Source: Rhodospirillaceae bacterium
GTDB lineage: Bacteria > Pseudomonadota > Alphaproteobacteria > Rhodospirillales > UBA2165
NCBI GenBank assembly: GCA_018649725.1
Contig: JABIHH010000052.1
Span: forward strand, 37,406 to 101,405
Direction: 5' to 3'
DNA: 64,000 bases
Positions within the stretch are counted from its first letter, which is position 1. Each line of letters begins with the position of its first letter. Of the stretch, positions 57,270 through 64,000 are shown one piece after another. The position numbers were made by a program, and so were the translations under genes. Under the pieces are notes generated by a model that was not told the DNA's origin, ran no database searches, and worked only from the letters and a program-made list of their open reading frames with translations.

Positions 57270-57725
57270 TTACTTCTTGGCGCGCTTTGCTTTTGCTTCA
57301 CCAATTATCAATTCGAGCAGATCTTGCACAACGACAGAATCCTGCGTCATGGTTATCTCATCACCAGTACCGAGATATTCTTCGTCGCCGCCCGGTTCGA
57401 GCGTAATGTATTTTCGGCCAAATAAGCCGTCGGTATGAATGGCCGCAGAGGTATCGTTCGGCACCTTAATCGGATTATCAATGCGCATCATGACAACGGC
57501 GGTGTAATGATCACCTAAATCGAGGGTCGAGACCTTGCCGACCACCACGCCTCCCATGCGTACGTCATCGCCAACGGAAAGCCCATCGATCTGATTAAAC
57601 ACAGCTTTGACGAAAACGCCTCTAGGTGCGTCCATATTGCTGCTGGAAAAAGACAGCCCCGCAACCAGCATGAGCACAACCAATGTGGTTAGGCCGATGA
57701 AGATATGGCGAACTTCTTCTTTCAT
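57270..57725 (-). CDS. second MlaD-like MCE domain protein (divergent tandem paralog)
   Basis: Same architecture (TM anchor, F.KAVFNQIDGLSVGDDVRMGGVVVGKV), same length class, 27 nt upstream of the first copy. Confidence 0.75.
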   Translation of the reverse strand: MKEEVRHIFIGLTTLVVLMLVAGLSFSSSNMDAPRGVFVKAVFNQIDGLSVGDDVRMGGVVVGKVSTLDLGDHYTAVVMMRIDNPIKVPNDTSAAIHTDGLFGRKYITLEPGGDEEYLGTGDEITMTQDSVVVQDLLELIIGEAKAKRAKK

Positions 57726-57747
57726 TTAAATCACTCGAAGTTGACGA

Positions 57748-58104
57748 TTACTTTGGTGACCAAGCCTCGTAATCACCGGTTGCAGCATCGCGCTGACCAC
57801 CTTTGAATTCGTGCCCGGAGGGCCGATACGCATTGGCAGTGCCCGTTAAATTTGGAATATGCGGTTGTTGCCAAGGACGCGACTTGGCCGCTTCTTCAGT
57901 CAGCGGCTCCTGAACCGTGTGGTGGAGCCAGGCATGCCATTCAGCCGGCACCTTTGACGCTTCAGGTCTGCCTTGATAAACCACCCAGCGGCGCTCGCGA
58001 CCATGCAATTTCTTACCTTTGCCACGATAATAATTATTGCCGAACTCGTCCGTTCCAACGAGATCGCCATTTAACATCGTATAAATCCAGGTACCCAAAC
58101 TCAT
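57748..58104 (-). CDS. NADH:ubiquinone oxidoreductase subunit NDUFA12 family protein
   Basis: GD.VGTDEFGNNYY, RRWVVY, VP.EWH.WLHH motifs. ATG 58104 is preferred over the longer track ORF. Confidence 0.9.
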   Translation of the reverse strand: MSLGTWIYTMLNGDLVGTDEFGNNYYRGKGKKLHGRERRWVVYQGRPEASKVPAEWHAWLHHTVQEPLTEEAAKSRPWQQPHIPNLTGTANAYRPSGHEFKGGQRDAATGDYEAWSPK

Positions 58105-58260
58105 GTTTTTTGATCTTTCCTTAAGGTCTAAGCCGCTACTGTTATTCAAAGCGGTTACACTATACTCCTTAAATGAGGCCAACGAAGCGTTAAGTCAACT
58201 AAAATGCCCAATTTGATGACGCCATTGCGTAGGCAGGAGCTTATCGGTAAAGACATTTGA

Positions 58261-59865
58261 ATGTCCGACAATAAAGCACAATTACTCGAACTCTTATTTA
58301 GCCAAGCTCAGGCTTGCGAGCGCGACGGCGATTGGCCGGGGGCGATTGAGCACTACCGGGCGTCACTCACCGAGCGGGCTGATTTTTTGGAAGCGCACCA
58401 CAATTTGGCTGTCGCTTTGCGCCATACCGGCAAAGCCGCCGAGGCCTTAAAATCCGCCCAACTGGCAGCCACCCTCGCACCTGACCACCCAACCGTGCAA
58501 TTTTCACTCGGTGTATCGCTGGAGCAGGTCGGCCAAAGAGATGCGGCGATTGTTGCCTATAAAATTTCTGCTGAACTCCGGCCCAATTATGTCGCTGCTT
58601 TGAGCAATCTTGGGCGATTGCTCGAAGTTAAAGGCCGCATCCCCGAATCGATTGAAATTCTGGAGCGTGCTATTGCCCTGGCACCGACCACAACTGCCGT
58701 TCGCCTCAATCTGGCCAATAGCTACTTACTGGGCGGCAGGCCGGATCAAGCAACGAAATTGTTGCAGAGGTTGATCCAGGATGATCAGGAAATGACCGAC
58801 ATTTCCCTATCCCTGGCCTATAACAGTCTCGGCGTTGCTGCCCATGTTGAGGGAAAATGCGGCGCGGCGATTGACCATTTCAGAGCAGCGATCGACCTGG
58901 CGCCGGAATTTGCCGAGGCCCATGAGAATCTCGCTCAGGCACTGTTATTTGAGGAAGACTATAACGAAGCCTGGGTTGAATATGAATGGCGCTGGCTGAA
59001 TGAAAGTAACCGTCAAACCAAGCGACTTTATCGTGAAATTACGGATAAAGCGGTTTGGACGGGAGCCCCCCTATCGGGTCAAACGCTACTAGTCCATGCT
59101 GAGCAAGGATTCGGTGATGTTATCCAATTTGCCCGATTCGTGGGCCAAATCAATAAGATCAGTAAGGGTGTTGGCACCCTCATTTTTGCCTGCCACGCCG
59201 CATTGATTGATCTCTTTTCAGGACTTGAAGGCGTCGATCAGGTGATCGACATTGATGGGGAAATTCCCGACTTTGACGCTCACCTGCCGTTATTGAGCCT
59301 GCCGCGCCTCTTAGGCATAAATGACACCAATATACCTAAAGATGCCTATTTGCCATCTGGGAAGTCGCCAAAGGACGCCGATTCGAGAGCGTTGAAAGTC
59401 GGTATCAACTGGGCTGGTATGCCTCGGCATGAATTTGACCCCCATCGCAACCGTTCTTGTCCGGTTGAGAGCTTCAAATCCCTGTTAAATCTGCCTGATA
59501 TCGAGTTTTATAGTCTTCAAACCGGTCCAAATAGTGTTGAACTGGCTAAAATCAATCCATCAGGGGCGATTGTTGACCTGAACCCACAGATCCAGAGCTT
59601 TAAAGATACTGCCACGTTGATATCTGAGCTGGATTTGGTCATCACAATCGATACCGCGCTGGCCCATTTGGCCGGTGCTATGGGGAAAAAAGTCTGGATT
59701 TTGCTCGCCACTTGCGCCGATTGGCGCTGGCTGGAAGAGAATCAAGAAAATCCCCGGGACAATCCATGGTATCCAACAGCCCGTCTATTTAGACAAAAAA
59801 CCCCAGGAAACTGGTCTGACCCGCTAGATGATGTAATTTCCGAATTGCAGGACTTGATTCTCTAG
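58261..59865 (+). CDS. TPR-repeat protein fused to a GT9 (heptosyltransferase-like) glycosyltransferase domain
   Basis: The N-terminal half has about 6 TPR units. The C-terminal half has LLVHAEQGFGDVIQFARF, VGINWAG, and ITIDTALAHLAGAMGKKVWILL, typical of the GT9 fold. Confidence 0.8.
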   Translation: MSDNKAQLLELLFSQAQACERDGDWPGAIEHYRASLTERADFLEAHHNLAVALRHTGKAAEALKSAQLAATLAPDHPTVQFSLGVSLEQVGQRDAAIVAYKISAELRPNYVAALSNLGRLLEVKGRIPESIEILERAIALAPTTTAVRLNLANSYLLGGRPDQATKLLQRLIQDDQEMTDISLSLAYNSLGVAAHVEGKCGAAIDHFRAAIDLAPEFAEAHENLAQALLFEEDYNEAWVEYEWRWLNESNRQTKRLYREITDKAVWTGAPLSGQTLLVHAEQGFGDVIQFARFVGQINKISKGVGTLIFACHAALIDLFSGLEGVDQVIDIDGEIPDFDAHLPLLSLPRLLGINDTNIPKDAYLPSGKSPKDADSRALKVGINWAGMPRHEFDPHRNRSCPVESFKSLLNLPDIEFYSLQTGPNSVELAKINPSGAIVDLNPQIQSFKDTATLISELDLVITIDTALAHLAGAMGKKVWILLATCADWRWLEENQENPRDNPWYPTARLFRQKTPGNWSDPLDDVISELQDLIL

Positions 59866-59891
59866 ATTCGCGTCATTTGTGCTAAGTACTT

Positions 59892-59900
59892 CTATCCACA
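59892..59900 (+). promoter_or_regulatory. DnaA box-like 9-mer CTATCCACA (8/9 to TTATCCACA)
   Basis: Read directly in the AT-rich region upstream of nrdJ. Confidence 0.45.
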
Positions 59901-59924
59901 CAAAAAATAAGAATTCTGATCGCT

Positions 59925-59933
59925 TGTGAATAA
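59925..59933 (-). promoter_or_regulatory. DnaA box TTATTCACA (fits TTATNCACA), reverse orientation
   Basis: The plus strand reads TGTGAATAA. Confidence 0.45.
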
Positions 59934-59966
59934 CTTTAGCTAACTATTTGTTTTAAAAGCATAAAG

Positions 59967-59975
59967 TTATCCACA
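59967..59975 (+). promoter_or_regulatory. perfect consensus DnaA box TTATCCACA
   Basis: Read directly. This is the third box within 85 bp. Confidence 0.5.
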
Positions 59976-60038
59976 GGGAAATTGCACTTTAAACATGCAA
60001 TTTTAAGCTATTGAAATAAAACAACTTTTCATAAAGCA

Positions 60039-60054
60039 ATCCATTATATTGTGA
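60039..60054. promoter_or_regulatory. NrdR box-like site 1 (ATCCATTATATTGTGA)
   Basis: Compared by eye with the published NrdR consensus acaCwAtATaTwGtgt: right half 7/8, left half 5/8. Confidence 0.45.
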
Positions 60055-60069
60055 TTATTTTCACCCAAA

Positions 60070-60085
60070 ACACTATATCTTGCGG
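60070..60085. promoter_or_regulatory. NrdR box-like site 2 (ACACTATATCTTGCGG)
   Basis: Left half 8/8, right half 5/8 to the NrdR consensus. Its centre lies 31 bp from the centre of site 1, the three-helical-turn spacing typical of tandem NrdR boxes. Confidence 0.5.
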
Positions 60086-60281
60086 TTTTCACTTGCGTCG
60101 AAAATCAAGCAGGTCTACATTTTCTGCTTCGGAGGCCAACGCCACACTAAATGTAGTGGCTGCGGGAATTACAATTTTAGTACCGGCCTGGGAGACTATA
60201 ACAGAACGCACCGCCTGACATCCTTGGGGAGAAGGCAAAAGTTCTTTAGTCAGGTATGCCGGGGAAGACGTCGGGGGACGC

Positions 60282-63200
60282 ATGCAAATACAACGTTATT
60301 TTACGACCAAAAAATCTGGCCCTTATGCAGGAATTGAATTCCGCACAACCGCAAGCGAAATCCGTAATCCGGATGGCTCTGTCGTATTTTCACACGATGC
60401 CATTGAGGTTCCGGCCGATTGGTCGCAGGTGGCTTGCGATGTCTTAGCGCAGAAATACTTCAGAAAAGCGGGTATCCCGGCAGCTTCTAAGAAAGTTGAA
60501 GAAAATGATGTGCCGTCCTGGCTATGGCGCAGCGTCCCGGATGAGAAGAAATTAGCGAAATTACCCGAAGAGGAACATTACCGGGGCGAAAACACCGCCC
60601 AGGAAGTTTTCCATCGTCTCGCCGGTACCTGGACTTACTGGGGCTGGAAAGGTGGTTATTTCGATAGCGAAGAAGATGCCCTCGCTTATTACGAAGAAAT
60701 GACACATATGTTGTGCAAACAGATGTGCGCACCGAATTCGCCGCAATGGTTTAACACCGGATTGCATTGGGCCTATGGTATTGATGGGCCATCGCAGGGT
60801 CATCACTATGTTGATTTCCAATCAGGTGAGTTAACCCGCTCCGAGTCTTCTTACGAGCACCCACAACCGCATGCCTGTTTCATTCAAAGCATCAATGACG
60901 ATCTCGTCAATGAAGGCGGCATCATGGATCTCTGGGTTCGTGAAGCACGATTGTTTAAATACGGCTCCGGCACCGGCACCAACTTTTCTAATTTAAGGGG
61001 TGAAAACGAGCCTTTGTCTGGCGGCGGTAAATCCTCCGGCGTGATGAGCTTCCTTAAGATTGGCGACCGCGCAGCCGGTGCGATTAAGTCCGGTGGCACC
61101 ACGAGGCGTGCCGCAAAGATGGTTATTTTGGACGCCGATCACCCAGATATCGAAAGCTTCATCAATTGGAAAGTTAAAGAAGAACAAAAGGTTGCAGCCC
61201 TCGTTGCCGGCTCAAAAGCCGCCGAGATTAACCTCAATAGCGTGATGGCGGCGTGTCATGAAAACGACTTAGATAACGACAACGCAGATCGCTTTAATCC
61301 TCGTAAAAACAAGGCGTTAAAGAAATCTGTTATAGCGGCACGTAAAGCACTTTTACCGGAAAATTACATCCAGCGAACGATCGATTATGCCAAACAAGGC
61401 TTCACGACGATGGAGTTCCAAACCTATGACACCGATTGGGATTCTGAAGCTTATTTGACGGTTGCCGGGCAAAATTCCAACAATACCGTTCGGGTAACGG
61501 ATGAGTTTTTACGTTCGGTCGAAGAAGGCGCGGATTGGAATTTAATCCAGCGTAAAGACGGTGAAATTGCCAAGACAATCAATGCCCGTGATCTTTGGGA
61601 ACAGATCGGCGAAGCCGCCTGGTCTTGCGCTGATCCAGGGCTGCAATATGACACTACAATCAATGATTGGCATACGTGTCCGAATACAGACCGGATTTAC
61701 GGCTCTAATCCCTGCTCTGAATATATGTTCCTCGACAACACAGCGTGTAATCTTGCCTCGCTTAATTTGAAGGCGTTCCAAGATGAAGACGGCGTGTTTA
61801 ACGGCGAAGCCTTCGCTTATGCGACCCGCCTCTGGACGGTTAATCTGGAAATTGCGGTCCTGATGGCGCAATTCCCGTCACCTGAGATAGCTCAACTTTC
61901 ATACGAATATCGGACTTTGGGCCTCGGTTTTGCCAATATCGGCGGACTTTTAATGTCGATGGGCATTCCTTATGACAGCAATGACGGCCGGGCCATATGC
62001 GCTGCGATTACCGCGCTGATGACCGGCGTTTCCTATAAGACATCGGCTGAAATGGCATCACTTTTGGGCACGTTCCCAGGCTACGAGGCTAATGCAGAGC
62101 CGATGCTACGCGTCATCCGTAATCACCGCCGAGCGGCTCATGGTGAAGCGAAAAAGTATGAAGATCTTGCCGTTTTACCCGTACCGCTCAAAGACAGTAA
62201 ACATGAAGAGGCACAGGGCCTCATCGAAATGGCCCGGAAATCTTGGGATGAAGCCCTCGATCTCGGCGAAAAGCACGGCTACCGCAATGCGCAAGTCTCC
62301 GTCGTTGCCCCAACCGGCACGATCGGCTTGGTTATGGATTGCGATACCACCGGTATTGAGCCTGATTTTGCCCTGGTGAAGTTCAAAAAACTCGCCGGCG
62401 GCGGATATTTCAAGATCATCAACCACACTGTTCCGGTCGCCCTGCAAAAACTCGGCTATGACGAGGCGCAAATTGAAGCAATCATCCAATATGCGGTGGG
62501 TCATGGCACGCTCGACGGCTCTCCTGCCATCGGTCACGATGTGCTGCGTGAAAAAGGCTTCACCGATGAGGCGATTACGGCTCTCGAAGCTGCCTTAGGT
62601 GATGCATTTGATATTAAATTCGTCTTCAATAAATGGACGCTCGGCACCGAGTTTTGCACATCTGCACTCGGCTTTACCGAAGAACAGCTGGACGACATGA
62701 ATTTCGACATGCTGGCTGAGCTTGGCTTTTCCGGCAAAGATGTCGCGATTGCCAACAACCATGTTTGCGGCGCGATGACTTTGGAAGGCGCACCTGGCCT
62801 GCAAGATGAGCATTTGCCCGTCTTTGATTGCGCCAATCCGTGTGGCCGTGATGGCAAACGCTATCTCTCAGTCGAAAGCCACATTCGCATGCTGGCTGCC
62901 TCGCAGCCGTTTATTTCCGGCAGTATTTCCAAAACCATTAATATGGCCAACACAGCAACCATCGAAGACTGCAAAGACGCTTACATGTTGTCTTGGAAGC
63001 TTGGTTTGAAAGCCAATGCGCTTTATCGCGACGGCTCTAAGCTCTCGCAACCATTGAACTCACAAATTCTCGATGATGACGAGTTGGAAGAGGATTTTGC
63101 AGAAGAAATCACCAGCCAGCCGACGGCTGTTAAGGCTGAGAAGATCGCCGAGCATGTGGTTGAACGCTATATGGCCAAACGCCTCCGCCTACCCCATCGC

Positions 63201-63965
63201 CGTAAGGGCTACACCCAGAAAGCAACGGTTGGCGGCCACAAAGTTTATCTCCGTACCGGCGAATATGAAGATGGCCGGGTTGGCGAGATCTTCATTGATA
63301 TGCACAAAGAAGGCGCGGCCTTCAGAAGCCTGATGAACAACTTCGCCATCGCGGTTTCAATCGCCCTGCAGTATGGCGTGCCGATGGAAGAATTCGTTGA
63401 AGCCTTCACCTTCACACGGTTTGAACCATCGGGCATGGTTGAAGGTAATGATTCGATCAAAATGTCGACCTCTATCCTCGACTATCTGTTCCGCGAGCTC
63501 GCGGTCTCTTACTTAGGCCGCAACGATCTCGCTCATGTGCAGCCGGAAGATCTCATGCCGGACAGCGTTGGCCGGGGTGAAGGCGACGAAGATATCATCA
63601 GTTCCGCCACGCAAGAGGTGATGGAGCGCCTAACCAGCCAAGGCTTTATTCGATCCAGCACCGTCACGGCAAATGGCGGCGGGAATGGCGGCGCTAGCAC
63701 ACCAACAAAGCCAGAGCCGATTACGACGGCGGTAGATGCCGTCGGTGATTTGGCCCTGGCTGAACTGGAAACTTTGAGTGTTGAAGCGGTCTCAGTCGAA
63801 GCGACTTTGACAAGATCTGCCCACACGCAAACAGATCAAGTCCGAGAAGCTCGGATGAAGGGATATGAGGGAGACGCCTGCGGTGATTGCGGCAACTTCA
63901 CCCTCGTTAGAAATGGCACTTGCCTGAAATGTAACACCTGTGGCGCAACGAGTGGCTGCTCTTAA
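60282..63965 (+). CDS. nrdJ: adenosylcobalamin-dependent ribonucleoside-diphosphate reductase, class II (long alphaproteobacterial form)
   Basis: 1227 aa. It has the [11 protein letters not shown] start and the catalytic regions NPCSEY(M)FLD and [18 protein letters not shown], plus the finger loop/thiyl Cys context and SISKTINM. A low-complexity linker leads to a C-terminal Cys-rich tail, [22 protein letters not shown]. Confidence 0.95.
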   Translation: MQIQRYFTTKKSGPYAGIEFRTTASEIRNPDGSVVFSHDAIEVPADWSQVACDVLAQKYFRKAGIPAASKKVEENDVPSWLWRSVPDEKKLAKLPEEEHYRGENTAQEVFHRLAGTWTYWGWKGGYFDSEEDALAYYEEMTHMLCKQMCAPNSPQWFNTGLHWAYGIDGPSQGHHYVDFQSGELTRSESSYEHPQPHACFIQSINDDLVNEGGIMDLWVREARLFKYGSGTGTNFSNLRGENEPLSGGGKSSGVMSFLKIGDRAAGAIKSGGTTRRAAKMVILDADHPDIESFINWKVKEEQKVAALVAGSKAAEINLNSVMAACHENDLDNDNADRFNPRKNKALKKSVIAARKALLPENYIQRTIDYAKQGFTTMEFQTYDTDWDSEAYLTVAGQNSNNTVRVTDEFLRSVEEGADWNLIQRKDGEIAKTINARDLWEQIGEAAWSCADPGLQYDTTINDWHTCPNTDRIYGSNPCSEYMFLDNTACNLASLNLKAFQDEDGVFNGEAFAYATRLWTVNLEIAVLMAQFPSPEIAQLSYEYRTLGLGFANIGGLLMSMGIPYDSNDGRAICAAITALMTGVSYKTSAEMASLLGTFPGYEANAEPMLRVIRNHRRAAHGEAKKYEDLAVLPVPLKDSKHEEAQGLIEMARKSWDEALDLGEKHGYRNAQVSVVAPTGTIGLVMDCDTTGIEPDFALVKFKKLAGGGYFKIINHTVPVALQKLGYDEAQIEAIIQYAVGHGTLDGSPAIGHDVLREKGFTDEAITALEAALGDAFDIKFVFNKWTLGTEFCTSALGFTEEQLDDMNFDMLAELGFSGKDVAIANNHVCGAMTLEGAPGLQDEHLPVFDCANPCGRDGKRYLSVESHIRMLAASQPFISGSISKTINMANTATIEDCKDAYMLSWKLGLKANALYRDGSKLSQPLNSQILDDDELEEDFAEEITSQPTAVKAEKIAEHVVERYMAKRLRLPHRRKGYTQKATVGGHKVYLRTGEYEDGRVGEIFIDMHKEGAAFRSLMNNFAIAVSIALQYGVPMEEFVEAFTFTRFEPSGMVEGNDSIKMSTSILDYLFRELAVSYLGRNDLAHVQPEDLMPDSVGRGEGDEDIISSATQEVMERLTSQGFIRSSTVTANGGGNGGASTPTKPEPITTAVDAVGDLALAELETLSVEAVSVEATLTRSAHTQTDQVREARMKGYEGDACGDCGNFTLVRNGTCLKCNTCGATSGCS

Positions 63966-64000
63966 GGAGCCTTTCGCGACGACCACTTAATTTTTATTGG

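Noticed and set aside
59866-60085. Chromosomal replication origin (three DnaA boxes in AT-rich DNA)
   Set aside because: There are only three boxes and no obvious AT-rich 13-mer-like unwinding repeats. The flanking genes are not the usual alphaproteobacterial ori neighbours (hemE, parAB, dnaA/dnaN). Promoter regulation of nrdJ is the simpler reading. A GC-skew plot of the whole genome would settle it.
60086-60281. Possible cobalamin riboswitch in the nrdJ leader
   Set aside because: It contains GGGAA and GCCAC fragments, but there is no recognisable B12 box or GGTG..AATCC element. B12 riboswitches normally repress B12-independent RNRs, not nrdJ.
1-64000. CRISPR arrays, IS elements, transposases, integrases, prophage, toxin-antitoxin or known defence-system genes
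   Set aside because: None of the translated ORFs shows DDE/tyrosine-recombinase/Cas/restriction-type motifs, and no regularly spaced repeat array was seen. The only repeat structures are those reported near tRNA-Glu.

Overview
Dense 64-kb chromosomal segment whose gene content and local synteny look alphaproteobacterial, probably a marine Rhodospirillales/SAR116-like organism; that taxonomic call is inference only. Supporting blocks are aminotransferase-hom-glpX-recJ, NDUFA12-MlaD-DUF2155-aat-aroQ, a long-form class II RNR NrdJ, a TctABC transporter and a NIPSNAP protein. I can support about 58 protein-coding genes, including one 5'-partial-window CDS at the left edge that is absent from the ORF track because it runs off the window. 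There is one tRNA-Glu(UUC). I saw no rRNA, CRISPR array, transposase, integrase or phage genes. Most of the window is housekeeping or transport. Regions worth a second look: (1) An operon at 36.0-39.6 kb encodes an unusual three-module Nfu-type Fe-S carrier, a B12-domain radical SAM enzyme ending in a Cys-Cys-Ala-Glu-Pro tail, and an ATP-grasp ligase. It is preceded by a GT4 glycosyltransferase, a stand-alone Lrp/AsnC RAM-domain protein and an AT-rich pair of Cys-cluster proteins. (2) A locus at 42.9-51.8 kb holds two paralogous, leaderless, His-rich LVIVD beta-propeller proteins. Each is co-transcribed with a different secondary transporter (MFS, TctCBA), and they flank a leaderless ModA-like binding protein. 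(3) tRNA-Glu has a degenerate inverted copy of its own 3' end plus 27-nt direct repeats, next to an AT-rich MarR/DUF2269/cytochrome c5 islet. (4) The nrdJ control region contains three DnaA boxes and two NrdR-like boxes. (5) There is an in-frame ThiS-ThiG fusion with no THI-box. (6) A small Arg/Asp-repeat protein lies at 5.3 kb. All functional calls come from motif recognition by eye in the supplied translations; no searches were run.
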